In this document: positions 15,985 to 29,889 of the stretch, in pieces | How the letters are laid out: every line of letters begins with the position of its first letter | How positions within the stretch are numbered: the first letter of the stretch is position 1 | Source of the DNA: the human T2T-CHM13v2.0 reference genome, Homo sapiens | DNA: 64,000 nucleotides | NCBI RefSeq assembly: GCF_009914755.1 | Contig: NC_060947.1 | Reading direction: 5' to 3' (one strand) | Made by a program: the position numbers and the translations under genes | Notes under the pieces: model-generated | Told to the model about the DNA's origin: nothing | The model's input: the letters and a program-made list of their open reading frames with translations, nothing else | The model's database searches: none

Positions 15985-18484
15985 GTTTGCTCAAAATGGC
16001 AGTGCTGGAGGAAGAATTCACGTTGTCTTCAGTAGTCCTGAGCGCGGGGCCTGAAGGACTCCTAGGCATGAAGCAGAGTGACAAAACAGACCAGTTTCTA
16101 GTGACAGACAGTGGCAGAACCGTGATCCTCTATAAGGTTTCTGATCAGAAACCCTTGGGGAGCTGGTCAGTGAAACAGGGTCAAATTGTAACATGTCCAG
16201 CTGTGTGCAACTTTCAAACTGGAGAGTATATTGTTGTACACAATAATAAGATTTTAAGAATCTGGAATAATGAAGATGTAAACCTGGATAAAGTATTTAA
16301 AGCTACATTGTCAGTTGAAGTATATAGGAAACTTTCAGTGCAAGGGTCAGAACCCTTGGTGCTCTTCAAGGAAGGTGTTCGTGGTTTAGAGGCCTCGCTT
16401 GCAGGCCCCCAGCAGAAAATTGAAGCTGTTATCTCTGATGAAGTGATTAAATGGACAAAGTTTTTCATAGTATTCAGACATCCTGTTTTAATTTTTATTA
16501 CTGAAAAACATGGAAATCACTTTGCTTATGTGCAAATGTTTAACTCACGTATCTTAACCAAATATACACTCTTAGTTGGACAAGACAAAAACTATTTTAT
16601 AGAGAGTTTTACTGCATTGGTAGATCAGAAATTCATCTCTTTGACGTCATTAAGCTCTGATGGTTGTATATATGAAACCTTGATGCCAATACGTCCAACT
16701 GACCCAGAAAAAAATCAGAGCTTAGTTAGATCACTGTTGCTCAAGGCTGTTGTGTCTGGTAACACTTGAAATGGAGTTGCACTCACTGCGCTGGATCAGG
16801 ATCACGTCACAGTCCTAGGAAGTCCACTAGCAGCTTCTAAGGAATGCCTCTCTGTATGGAACATAAAATTTCAAACACTACAGACTTCAAAAGAGTTACC
16901 ACAAGGGACCAGTGGTCAACCCTGGTATTATGGGGAAAATGTGTTTATGCTACGTGGAAAATCTCTGTGATTCCATACAACTGTGAAGTGTCATCATTAG
17001 CAGGTGCTCATGGAAAACTCAAGCATAGTCAAGATCCAGGAACTCATGTCGTGCCCCATTTTGTAAACTGGGAAACACCTCAAGGATGTGGACTTGGGTC
17101 CCAGTACTCAGAGCAGTCAAGAAGAATTTTAAGGAGACGAAAAATTGAAGTGAGTTTACAGCCAGAGGTATCACCATCCAAACAACTTTTGTCAACCATA
17201 ATGAAAGATTCAGAGAAACATACTGAAGTAGAAGTATGGAAATTTTTGGCTCTGAAGCAGACCCCTGACTTTCATACTGTCACTGGGGACACAGTAACAG
17301 GACTTCTGGAAAGGTGTAAAGCAGAACCATCATTTTATCCCCGGAACTGTCTGATGCACCTTATCCAAATGCATGTGCTTTCTTACAGTTTGTGCCCTGA
17401 CTTAATGGAGATTGCCTTAAAAAAGAAAGATGTACAGTTGTTACAACTCTGTCTACAGCAGTTCCCTGACATTCCTGAATCGGTCACCTGTGCTTGCTTA
17501 CAAATTTTCTTGAGAATTGGTGATGACAGTATTCAAGAAACAGATGTCAGTATGGAGTCAGTTTTTGACTATAGTAATTCTGTACATGATGAGAAAATGG
17601 AAGAGCAAACTGGAATTCTTCAAAATGGCTTCAATCCTGAAGAAGATAAATACAGTAACTGTGATCAAGAGTTAAATAAAAAGCCCCAGGACAAGACAAA
17701 GGAGACCATTTCATGCTCTGTGATACCAAAAAGAGCAGCTCTACTTAATGCAATTCTTCATTCAGCATATAGCGAAACATTTCTTCTGCCTCATTTGAAA
17801 AACATCCCAGCACAGCATATCACACTGTTTCTCAAGTGTTTGTGTTTCCTTTATCTGAAGTGTAGCGAAAATGCTACTATGACTCTTCCTGGAATACACC
17901 CACCTACCTTGAACCAGATTATGGATTGGATATGTCTACTTCTGGATGCAAATTTTACTGTTGTAGCAATGATGCCAGAAGCAAAGAGGCCACTGATAAA
18001 TCTTTACAAGCTTGTAAAATCTCAGATATCTGTTTATTCCAAGCTCAACAAGATTGAAGTAAGTTTTTGGGAGCTACAGAAATTAAATCAAGAAAAGAAT
18101 AACAGAGGATTATATTCAATTGAAGTGCTGGAGCTCTTCTGATATTACCAATTCTCCTTCATAGTCATTTTATAAAGCTCTTTTATGTAACTCTTGCTTC
18201 ATCCAGGCAAGAGTGGTGTTTTGTTTGCGACCCTCTCGGTGTCAAGAGAAACATGTCAGTGAGTACCTGGACCATCACTTATTGATGCTCCGGGGTAGAA
18301 CTGCAGGTTTCACATGAACCTATTCTAGGTTGTGGACATTGGTGTGCAGAGGTTCTGCAATTTTTTAAAAATATGTAACTGGGTTGATTTTAAGTAAAAT
18401 TATTTGTGTATTGATAAAAGTCTAATTTCTTATCATGTATTTTGAATTTTAATAAAAAACGACCATTGAAGCAGTGAAAAAAAA
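15985..18484 (+). pseudogene. NOL11 (retrocopy): Processed pseudogene (retrocopy) of nucleolar protein 11, NOL11
   Basis: ATG at 15996 gives [24 protein letters not shown] and the C-terminus is [14 protein letters not shown] (18142), matching NOL11 end to end without introns. Premature TGA at 16767-16769, frameshift near 16965, 3'UTR, AATAAA at 18451, poly(A) at 18477-18485, and a 17-bp TSD at 15968-15984 / 18485-18501. Confidence 0.96.
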
Positions 18485-18714
18485 AGAATCTGGTGTGCTA
18501 ACAGAAGACATTTAATTATGCCATCACATATGAATTCTCTGTCCTCCAAATTGACCCAACACCTCATATATCTCTTAGGGCAGCATTCCTTTCCTGGAGG
18601 AGGTGCTTTGAAGGGAACTCTGGAGGAAGATTAAGGTTTTAGATGGCGAGCTCTTTGGAGGCCAGAACTGAGTTCTCCAAGTTTCTGAGCCTTGGTCTAT
18701 TGCTTCTACTTCCT

Positions 18715-19240
18715 CTACAGGTTCTCCCTGGACTATTTCTCTCATTCTTGTGCTTTAACTTTCATCAATATGCAGTTATCTCCCTGATCTTGGTCTCTTA
18801 CCAAAACCTTCCCCCCATAAAGCCAAATGCTACTTGGATATCTACACTGATCATTCCACAGCCACTGAAATGGAAGTCTTCAACCTACTTAAAAACTCCA
18901 TCCAAACAGCTTCTCCACTGCATGGCACTGGCATCTACCCAGTCACCCAGGCCAGATTTCTCAGCATCACCCTTAACTCCTTCCACTCACCCACCTAATC
19001 TGCCATCAGGTTCTGCCAGTTTACCTCCTAATTATTTCTGGAATGTATCTTTACCTCACCTACCCTCCTGCTACTGCACAAATTTAGGTCTTTATTATCT
19101 GTCACCTGGATTACTCTTCATTGTCCCCTCACTGTCATCCCTCTAGAGTCTCCTCTACACATCAGCTGAAGCGATTTACCTAAAATGCTAATTCAATTGC
19201 ATCATCCCCACTGCTGAAAACCCTCTAATGGCTTCCCAAT
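18715..19240 (+). mobile_element. L2 LINE fragment
   Basis: Pyrimidine-rich L2 body: tgctacttggatatctac...acccagtcacccaggcc...aaaccctctaatggcttccca. Confidence 0.7.
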
Positions 19241-19391
19241 GTGAAAAACAGATTAGAGACATCCCTTCTGAATGTGCTACAGCTGAATTAGTGTGACCCT
19301 GCCTCAGACCTCTTGGGTGAGCTCAGGCAAATCCCTTTCCTTCTCTGGGCTTCAATCTCCTTATCTAAAAAATAAGGGGATTGGAAGAGTT

Positions 19392-19681
19392 CTGTATTTC
19401 CCAAAATGTGTTGTCTGGACTGCTGGCCATATGAAATGCTTTTTCCACATGGGTCTGGAGTAAAATGTGTTTGGAGAATGCATTCTCTAGCTCCTATTGG
19501 AGAGTGACAGAGCACCTTGACATGTCACAGGCTCTGGCAAGCCTGGCAATCAAGAAGGCTTGCTAACTTTCCTCCACTCAAGTTTCCTTAAACTTTTGTC
19601 ACCACAGAATCCTTTTGGAGCTGAGCATCTATTAGAATCTTGAGGAACCAATGTTTGTGGAACATACTTTGGGAAATGCTG
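19392..19681. mobile_element. hAT-Charlie-type MITE (MER103/MER113-like)
   Basis: Terminal inverted repeats ctgtatttcccaaaatgtgtt ... aacatactttgggaaatgctg, about 290 bp apart. Confidence 0.65.
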
Positions 19682-21379
19682 GAGTGGATCATTACCCAGG
19701 ACTGCATTGCTGTGACCAGTGGTGATTCTGCTTAAGTTATTATTTGAGGCAAGAGGATGGTGTCTGACTCAGGTTTACATCTACCACAGTAGATACTCAG
19801 ACAATGGTTATTGAACAGGGGGTGTAATAAGAAATGGATAAATTGAATGGAAAGTGCGCCTATTTTAGATGTGGACAGTAGATTCCTAGCCATGGTAAGA
19901 GAGCAGATTGTTCCCAGAAAGAAATGAGTACAAATCTTGATGGGCAGAGTGTGCTAACTACAGTAGTGATGGGTACTTCTGTGACCCATGTGGCTGTCTG
20001 TACTGCTGGACATGTCCATTCATGGCCATTATCATTTGACAGTTCCTCTGGGAAAGTTTACCCAGGGACTCTGGGGTGTGACAAGAAGAGAGCTGCCCCA
20101 CTCTTGTGCCTTTCGTTGCATGAAAGCCATCGCTGGCACTTGTAAATGTTGACTCTTAGTAGCTCTGCTAGAAAATCAGCATTTTCTATCTCTGGACCAT
20201 GTCCTGGACAAGGCAGAAGCTTCGTGGCACTGGGCATGGAGCCTGGTCCGCTGTATTCCTCAGCTGGGTCTTGCATTAGCACTGATTGCTGGCAAGGCCA
20301 TCGGCCTAAGGCTGTGTTTTTCTAATCAAGGAAGCCAGTTTAGCACTTGGGAAAGAATAGTCAGCTGAGCCACGTTACTTTCCCCTCCTGGTAGAAATAA
20401 TGTAGGCAGAGACAGTGGAACTTTTGCGAATGGTTTTGCAGGCAGCCCCAAGTCACTGAGGTCCTGTACTCTCCAGCCACTTCAGGGCTGCTCACTGCGG
20501 TTCACCAATAGGCCTTCCTGTCCTGGGACTGGTGAGAGAGACCCAATCCTCATGCCATTTGGAGCTTTCCAGCACATTCTCCCTGGGGTGGGGGTGGGGG
20601 ACAGAAAATCATTTCCTGATCCCCCAGGCAAGAATACTAGGGTTCTGTTTACTGTATCATAACAACTGGAGGGAAGCTGGTATTAATATTATTCCATTAT
20701 TCCTAATTTGTAGAGAATGAAACCAAGACCAAATATATATATATATATAAATATATATAAACTTGCTGAAGTCCATACAGCAAGAAGATGGCAAGGCTGA
20801 AGTCCCAATCCAGGTCAGACTAGTTACAATGCACTTGCTCGTGACACCACATTGCATCTCTTAGTTCTTTATTTGTTTGTCTTTACCAGAGTTTGTGGGC
20901 TCTTTGAGGGCAAGAGCCATATCTGATTTGTAGTAGGGCCTGCCACATAGTGGGTGTTGAGGGGAGCTGGTAGTCAGTATAAGGCTGACTGTGTCAGAGC
21001 ATTGTGGTTCACTTGTCAAGAGTGTAGGGGAAAGTTCTCTGCAGTGTGGGCTTGGAGAAACAAACGCATCTGCTCCTTACTTCCCAAGCCTGGCATCCCC
21101 CAAAGATAATTACTGTGGACTCTCAGCTGTTGGAGCTGAGAGGCTATTCCACTTCAGCTGAGTGTGTTTCCCAAAACAGGTTTACATTGTTTTGAAACCA
21201 TGGTGCAGAGCACGCAGAGAGCAAATAGAAGTTGATCCCCACACAACAGGCAGTAACTAAGACATCAAGAGTGAGTGGGACAGGTTTGGGGGGCTAAAGG
21301 GGAAAGCTGGCTAGTGCTGAGGGTATGCACATTTTAGAAAGGGACCCACACCTGTGGAAGGCAGCCCAGTCAACTGAAG

Positions 21380-21780
21380 CAAGAGCCCTAGAACTGTTCC
21401 TGACCTTTAACTCAATAATTCTTCTTCCTGAGATTTTATTCCTCAGGAAGCAGTTCAACAGAATTGAGAAGATACATGCATGAAGATGTTCATTATGAAA
21501 TTGGCTGTAGTAATATAACACTGGGAACAAATGAATTGCCCAACAATAATGGGTGGCTAATTAAATTATGGCATATCCATTCCATGGCATATTATCAGAA
21601 CATTTAATATGCTCATTCTGAAACCTGCAGCAGTCTGAGGAATACATGGAACAGGTTTTGAAAAGGAAGAGGCTCCATTGTATTTACACTGTGATCTTGC
21701 AACTTACAAAAACTCATAGTAAATGCGTAAATGAAAAAAGCTGTGTTAGGGTGATGGGATTTGGGTGATTTCCTTTATAA
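21380..21780 (+). mobile_element. L1ME-like 3' fragment
   Basis: gacctttaactcaataattcttcttcctgag...aaattatggcatatccattccatgg is degenerate L1 ORF2 end/3'UTR. Confidence 0.6.
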
Positions 21781-22032
21781 AATATCTTGATCATTAGTAT
21801 CATTGCTATATTGTTTTTGCATTTCTAGAAGGAACTGTTTGTGTGGGTACATGCACCTTTGTGTGGGCAGAATCAACACAGAATTTCTCCCCAAAGCTAA
21901 ATCTATTTTAAATGGATTCTTACATCTACTTAATAATAAAAGTGTATATATGAGGAACACAGACAGGAAAACAGGTGCTGGTGCCATTTGATGCATGATC
22001 AGCACCATGACATATTATTGAAAAGAAGCCAG

Positions 22033-25000
22033 TTGGGGAGGGATTATCATGGTGGACGGGAGGCAGGACTAGATTGCAGCTCCAGACAGAGCAGCGTGCA
22101 GTGGCTTGTAAATTTAAGATTCAGATTGACTGCAAGAACAAACCAGCAATCTCAAGAGGACCCACAGACCCTCTGAAGGAAGCAGATGCTCCTGCAGGAC
22201 CCAGGAAACACCCCAAATACTGTGAGTGTCCCAACTGCAAAAGTGGGAAAGGGAGACCCTCCTCTCCCGAACACACACCCCCACTGGAGAAACTGAAGGT
22301 CTGTTTGTGGGAGAAGTTTCCTACCTTACCTGGAGCTGAGTCCAAGTTTGGAGAGCCAAGCCAAATACAGGGGTAGAGGAAGCAGCAGAAAGGCCCTGGG
22401 AGCTCGCTGGGTCCCCAGACAGCCCATTCCTACCTGGCACCACAGGGATTCACTGGGAGGGTGGCCAGAGGAGCATGGGGTAAAACTCCACAGACAGAAG
22501 GAAATCTCCAGCTGAACTTCATAACAATTTGAATGGGGCAAGAAGCCTCCTGGCCAGAACTCAGGGGAGGGTGCAAATCCAGTGTGCAGACTCCACAGGC
22601 AGGGGAAGAATCAATCCCTTTTATTTTGCAGCTGGGAGGTGGGTAGCCTGGGGCATGTTTTCAAGCCCATCTCACTCACCGCCTGGAAACAGACTCAGGG
22701 CTGTTGGGGGGTGCACGGTAGGAGTGAGACTGGCCCTTCGGTTTGTGTGGGAGCTTGGTGGGGCCTGTAACTGCCGGCTTTCCTCCACTTCCCTGACAAC
22801 CTGCGTGACTCGGCAGAGGCAGCCATAATCCTCCTAGGTACACAACTCCAGTGACCTGGGAATCTCACCCCCATCCCCCACAGCAGCCACAGCAAGACCC
22901 ACCCAAGGAGAGTCTGGGCTCAGATACGCCTAGCCCTGCCCCCACCTGATGGTCCTTCCCTACCCACACTGGTAGCTGAAGACAAAGGGGCATGTAATCT
23001 TGGGAGTTCTAGGGCCCTGCCCAGCACCATTTCCTCTCCATACTAGCACAGCTGATGCTCTCTGGAAAGTGCCACCTCCCAGCAGGAGGCCAACCAGCAC
23101 AAAAATAGAACATTAAACCACCAAAGCTAAGAACCTTCATGGAGCTATTGCACCCCCACACCACCACCACCTCCACTGGAACAGGTGCTGGTATCCATGG
23201 CTGAGAGACCCATAGGCAGTTCACATCACAGGACTCTGTGCAGATGACCCCCAGTACCAGCCTGGAGTTGGGTAGATTCACTGGGTGGCTAGACCCAGAA
23301 GAGAGACAACAATCACAGCAGTTTGGCTCACAGGAAGCCACACCCATAGGAAACGGGGGAGAGTACTACAACAAGGGAATACCCCATGGGACAAAAAGAA
23401 TCTGAACAACAGCCTTCAGCCCTAGACCTTCCCTTCTGACAGAGCCTACCCAAATGAGAAGGAACCAGAAAACCAACCCTGGTAATATGACAAAACAAGG
23501 CTCTTTAACACCCCCCAAAAATCATGCTAGTTCACCAGCAATGGATTCAAATCAAGAAGAAATCCCTGATTTACCTGAAAAAGAATTCAGGAGGTTAGTT
23601 ATTAAGGTAATCAGGGAGGCACCAGAGAAAGGCGAAGCAGGAAATCCAAAAAATGATACAAGAAGTGAAGGGAGAAATATTCAAGGAAATAGGTAGCTTA
23701 AAGAAAAAAACAATAAAAAATTCAGGAAACTTTGGGCACACTTTTAGAAATGTGAAATGCTCTGGAAAGTCTCAGCAATAGAATTGAACAAGTGGAAGAA
23801 AGAAATTCAGAGCTTGAAGACAAGGTCTTCAAATTAACCCAATCCAACAAAGACAAAGAAAACAGAATAAGAAAATATGAACAAAGCCTCCAAGAAGTCT
23901 GGGATTATGTTAAACGACCAAACCTAAGAATAATCGGTATTCCTGAGGAAGAAGACAATTCTAAAAGCTTGGAAAACATATTTGGGGGAATAATTGAGGA
24001 AAACTTCCCCAGCCTTGCTAGAGACATAGACATCCAAATACAAGAAGCACAAAGAACACCCGTGAAATTCATCACAAAAAGATCATCACCTAGGCACATT
24101 GTCATCAGGTTATCCAAAGTTAAGACAAAGGAAAGAATCTTAGGAGCTGTGAGACAGAAGCACCAGGTAACCTATGGAGGAAAACCTATCAGATTAGCAG
24201 CAGATTTCTCAGCAGAAACCCTGCAAGCTAGAAGGGATTGGGGCCCTATCTTCAGCCTCCTCAAGCAAAACAGTTATCAGCCCAGAATTTTGTATCCAGT
24301 GAAACTAAGCATCATATATGAAGGAAAGATACAGTCTTTTTCAGACAAACAAATGAGAGAATTCACTGTTACCAAGCCACCACTGCAAGAACTGCTAAAA
24401 GGAGCTCTAAATCTTGAAACAAATCCTGGAAACACATCAAAACGGAACCTCTTTAAAGCATGAATCACACAAGACCCATAAAACAAAAATACAAGTTAAA
24501 AAAGCAAAAAAAAAAAAATTCCACTGGCAACAAAGAGCACAATGTATGCAACGGTACCTCACATTTCAATACTAACATTGAATGTAAATACCCTAAATAA
24601 CCTAAATGCTCCACTTAAAAGATACAGAACTGCAGAATGGATAAGAACTCACCAACCAACTATCTGCTGCCTTCAGGAGACTCACCTAACACATAAGGAC
24701 ACACATAAACTTAAAGTACAGAGGTGGAAAAAGGCACTTCATGCAAATGGACACCAAAAGTGAGCAGAGGTAGCTATTCTTATATCAGACAAAACAAACT
24801 TTAAAGCAACAGCAGTTAAAAAACACAAAGAGGGACATTATATAATGGTAAAAGGCCTTGTCCAAGAGGAAAATATCACAATCCTAAAAGTATATGCACC
24901 TAACACTGGAGCTCCCAAATTTACAAAACAATTACTAATAGACCTAAGAAATGAGATAGACAGCAACACAATAACAGTGGGGGACTTCAGTACTCCACTG

Positions 25001-26839
25001 ACAGCACTAGACAGGTTATCAAGATAGAAGGTCAACAAAGAAACCATGGAATTAAACTATACCTTGGAACAAATGGACTTAACAGGTATATACAGAACAT
25101 TTAATCCAACAACCACAGAATACACATTCTATTCAACAGTGCATGGAACTTTCTCTAAGATAGACCATGTGATAGGCCATAAAATGAGCCTCAATAAATT
25201 TAAGAAAATTGAAATTATATCAGGCACTCCCTCAGACCACAGTGGAATAAAACTAAAAATCAACTCAAAAAGGAACCTTCAAAACCATGCAAATACATGG
25301 AAATTAAATAACTTGCTCCTGAATGACCATTCAGTCAAAAACAAAATCCAGATGGAAATTAAAAAATTCTTCAAACTGAATGACAGTAATGACACAACCT
25401 ACCAAAACCTCTGAGATACAGAAAAGACAGTACTAAGAGAAAAGTTCATAGCCCTAAACACCTACATCAAAAAGACTGAAAGAGCACAGACTGACATCCT
25501 AAGGTCACACCTCAAGGAACTAGAGAAACAAGAACAAACCAAACCTAAACCCAGCAGAAGAAAGGAAATAACCAAGATCAGAGCAGAACTAAAGGAAATT
25601 GAGACAAAAAAATACAAAAGATAAATTAAACAAAAACCTGGTTCTTTGAAAAGATAAAATTGATAGACCATTAGCAAGATTAAACAAGAAAAGAAGAGAG
25701 AAAATCCAAATAATCTCACTAAGAAATGAAACAGGAGATATTACAGCTGACAGCACTGAAATACAAAAGATCATTCAAGGCTACTATGAACACCTTTACA
25801 CACATAAACTAGAAAACCTAGAAGAGATGGATAAATTCCTGGAAAAATACAACCCTCCTGGCTTAAATCAGGAAGAATTAGATACCCTGAACAGACCAAT
25901 AGCAAGCAGCGAGATTGAAATGGTAATTTAAAAATTACCGACAAAAAAAAAAAAAAGTCCAGGACCAGACATATTCACAGCAGAATTCTATGAGACATTC
26001 AAAGAAGAATTGGTACCAATCCTTTTGACACTATTCCACAAGAAAGAGAAAGAAGGAACCCTTCCTAATTCATTCTATGAAGCCAGTGTCACCCTAATAC
26101 CAAAGCCAGGGAAGGACATAACCAAAAATGAAAACTACAGACCAATATCCTTGATGAACATAGATGCTAAAATCCTTAACAAAATACTAGCTAATCAAAT
26201 CCAACAACATATCAAAAAGATAACCCACCATGATTAAGTGAGTTTCATACCAGGGATGCAGGGATTGTTTAACATATGCAAGTCAATAAATATGATACAT
26301 CACATAAACAGAATTAAAAACAAAAATCACATGATTATCACAATAGATGCAGAAAAAGCATTTGACAAAATCCAGCATCGCTCTATGATTAAAACTTTCA
26401 GCAAAATTGGCATACAAGGGACATACCTGAATGTAATAAAAGCCATCTATGACAATCCACAGCCAACATAATACTGAATGGGGAAAAGTTGAAAGCATTT
26501 CTTCTGAGAACTGGAACAAGACAAGGATGCCCACTCTCACCACTCCTCTCCAACATAGTACTGGAAGTTTTAGCCAGAGCAATCAGACAAGAGAAAGAAA
26601 TAAAGGGCATTCGAATCAGTAAAAGGAAGTCATACTTTCACTGTTTGCTGATGATATGATCGTTTACCTTGAAAACCCTAAAGACCCCTCCAGAAAGCTC
26701 CTAGAACTGATAAAAGAATTCAGCAAAGTTTCTGGATACAAGATTAATGTACACAAATCAGTAGCTCTTCTATACACCAACAGTGACCAAGCAGAGAATC
26801 AAATCAAGAACTCAACCTCTTTTACAATAGCTGCAAAAA

Positions 26840-26882
<43 letters not shown>

Positions 26883-28612
26883 AATACTTAGGAATATACC
26901 TAACCAAGGAGTCAAAAGACCTCTACAAGGAAAACTACAAAACACTGCTGAAAGAAATCATAGATGACACAAACAAATGGAAACACATCCCATGCTCATG
27001 GATGGGTAGAATCAATATTGTGAAAATGACCATACCGCCAAAAGGAATCTACAAATTCAATGCAATTCCCATCAAAATACCACCATCATTCTTCACAGAA
27101 TTATAAAAAAAATTCTAAAATTCATATGGAACCAAAAAATAGCCTGCATAGCCAAAGCAAGACTAAACAAACAAACAAACAAAACAAATCTGGAGGCATC
27201 ACACTACCTGATTTCAAACTATAAGGCCATAGTCACCAAAACAGCGTGATACTGGTATAAAAATAGGCACATACACCCATGAAACAGAATAGAGAACCCA
27301 GAAATAAACCCAAATACTTAGAGCCAACTGATCTTTCACAAAGGAAACAAAAACATACAGTGGGGAAAGGACACCCTTTTCAACAAATGGTGCTGGGATA
27401 ACTGGCTAGCCACAGGTAGGAGAATGAAACTGGATCCTCATCTCTCACCATATACAAAATCAACTCAAGATGGTTTAAGCACTTAAACCTAAGACCTGAA
27501 ACTACAAAAATTTTTGAAGACAACATTGGAAAAACCCTTCTAGACATTGGCTTAGGCAAGAATTTCATGACCAAGAACCCAAAAGCAAATGCAATAAAAA
27601 CAAAGATAAATAGCTGGTACCTAGTTAAAGAGCTTTTGCACGGCAAAAGGAACAGTTGGCAGAGTAAACAGACAACCCACAGAATGGGAGAAAAACTTCA
27701 CAGTCTATACATCAAAGGACTAATATCCAGAATCTACAACGAACCCAAACAATTCAGTAAGAAAAACAAACAAACAAACAAATGCCATCAAAAAGTGGGC
27801 TAAAGACATGAGTAGACAATTCTCAAAAGAAGATATACAAATGGCCAAAAAAACGTATGAAAAAATGCTCAACATCACGAATGATTAGGGAAATTGAAGT
27901 CAAAACCACAATGCAATACCACCTTACTCCTACAAGAGTGGCCGTAATACAAAAATCAAAAAACAGTAGATGTTGGCGTGGATGCCAAGGAGATTCCATG
28001 GGCATGGTTATCAGGAAGCACTTCTACACTGCTGGTGGGAATGTAAACTAGTACAGCCACTATGGAAAACAGTGTGGAGATTCCTTAAAGAACTAAAAGT
28101 AGAACTACCATTTGATCCATCAATCCCGCTACTTGGTATCTACCCAGAGGAAAAGAAGTCACTATTCGAAAAAGATACTTCCACACGCATGTTTATAGCA
28201 GCACAATTCACAGTTGTAAAATTGTGGAACCAACCCAAATGCCCATCAATCAGCGAGTGGATAAAGAAACTGTGAGATAAAAAGGAATGGATTAACAGCA
28301 TTTGCAGTGACATGGATGATATTGGAGACTATTCTAAGTGAAGTAACTCAGGAATGGAAAACCAAACATCGTATGTTCTCACTGATATGTGGGAGCTAAG
28401 CTATGAGGATCCAAAGGCATGAGAATGATACAATGGACTTTGGGGACTTGGGGGAAAGAGTGGAGGGGGTCGAGGGTTAAGACTACAAATACGGTGCAGT
28501 GTATACTGCTCAGGTGATGGCCACACCAAAATCTCACAAATCACCACTAAAGAACTTACTCATGTAAGGAAATACCACCTGTACCCAAATAACTTATGGA
28601 AAATAAATAAAT
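22033..28612 (+). mobile_element. Full-length, inactivated L1PB1-type LINE-1 (about 6.6 kb)
   Basis: About 1.4 kb 5'UTR; disrupted ORF1 from ATG 23454 to 24463; ORF2 from 24542 (EN CCLQETHL, GDFSTPL; RT LFADD near 26641) broken by stops and frameshifts; L1PB-type 3'UTR; A-rich tail; TSD aagaagccag at 22023-22032 and 28613-28622. Confidence 0.95.
26836..26884. repeat. (TAAA)n microsatellite expanded inside L1 ORF2
   Basis: About 11 aaat units are visible and break the ORF2 frame. Confidence 0.95.
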
Positions 28613-29889
28613 AAGAAGCCAGGATCCTTCCATGGTACAACTGGCTATTCATGAAGCTTTTGAAATGGATAAGGTTGTAGCATCTGGTCCATTGTTGTCA
28701 TTCCTAGATTGCCAGCCAGGCCTCATCTTAAATCTCTAATTTACAAATGGTTCTTGCCTATCAGTGACCAGGGGTGTATCCACAAACTTTTTCTCATATA
28801 AATAGAAAATAGGCAATCTTCCCCAAATGGGAGAAGGAAGCTTGTCCTAAATTCCAAGCTTGAATGTTCATTGGTCTTTTGAAGGCACTGTAGGCAGAGC
28901 TCCCCAGTCCCCACTACTGGACAAGGTTCCCTTTGTCCCAGAGATAGCAGGGTATGTGACAGAGCAGTTTGTAGAGACAGCAGTGATGACACTACCTCAC
29001 TCATCCACCATTGGTGCTGATGCTCTGCTTGTCCTGTCGAATGTCAGCCTTGAGCACCCTGACCCCTGCCTGCAAGCCTGATGCACGAGAAAATACACCT
29101 TGGGACTGTGTGAAGTAACGTCAAAGTGTTTGGCCTTCATATATTGTCCCCTCCCCATTCCTGCTACCCCCTTCATAATTGTAACCTTTTTGGATATTCA
29201 GCTTGGAATAGTGGGCATGCAGCCCCTCACACCACCATGCTAATTCACACCATTCACACCCAGAGGCAATTAAACCTAAGGATGGCCAAGATATAGAGGG
29301 GACCAAGGTACTGTCTTAACTTGAGGCCTTTGGTGTTTCCCTTTTAACACTTTACTGCACTAGCTGGGCTAGCTTGTATACTTAAAAGCTGGGCTTGGAT
29401 ACAGAAGGATATATCTAAGTATGTATACCCATATATCTATAATTATCTATCTCCATTCTGTCTCTCATTGCTCTTCATAGCCAGGGCCAGTAATAAGGAA
29501 ACTAATGCTGAGAGTTAACATGGTCTGTTCAAGGTCTTGTATCTTGAAGTGATATTGCTACTGCCTAAACTTTGGTCTCCTGTCTTCAAGTCCAGTGCTT
29601 TTTGGTAGGTAGCCACTAGGGAATATTCTCTAATTTGGGCGTGCCTTAATGGCATACCCTAATACCACTGGTGTATCCACAAGCCTAAGTTGGGTGTACC
29701 GTAGGCCCATCCCTGTGCTAGGTATGGAATGGGGCAGCAGTTAAGATGCACTGTCCAGCCTGGCATGCCCTCACTCCCACCAATTTAAAGGATTGCCCTG
29801 TAAATACTTCACAGTTCCAGTCCACCAAGACTTGCTGCTTGTCTGCATGGATCTTAACTTTCCCGGCCTCAGCTTGCCTTTCTGTTGCC

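Noticed and set aside
15978-18142. Two functional adjacent genes (263 aa and 432 aa ORFs)
   Set aside because: They are two pieces of one NOL11 retrocopy split by a stop and a frameshift, with poly(A) and TSD. The track's start at 15978 lies in the TSD; the true ATG is 15996.
18643-19146. 167-aa ORF as a novel protein
   Set aside because: It overlaps an L2 remnant and has low-complexity L/P/S composition with no recognisable domain.
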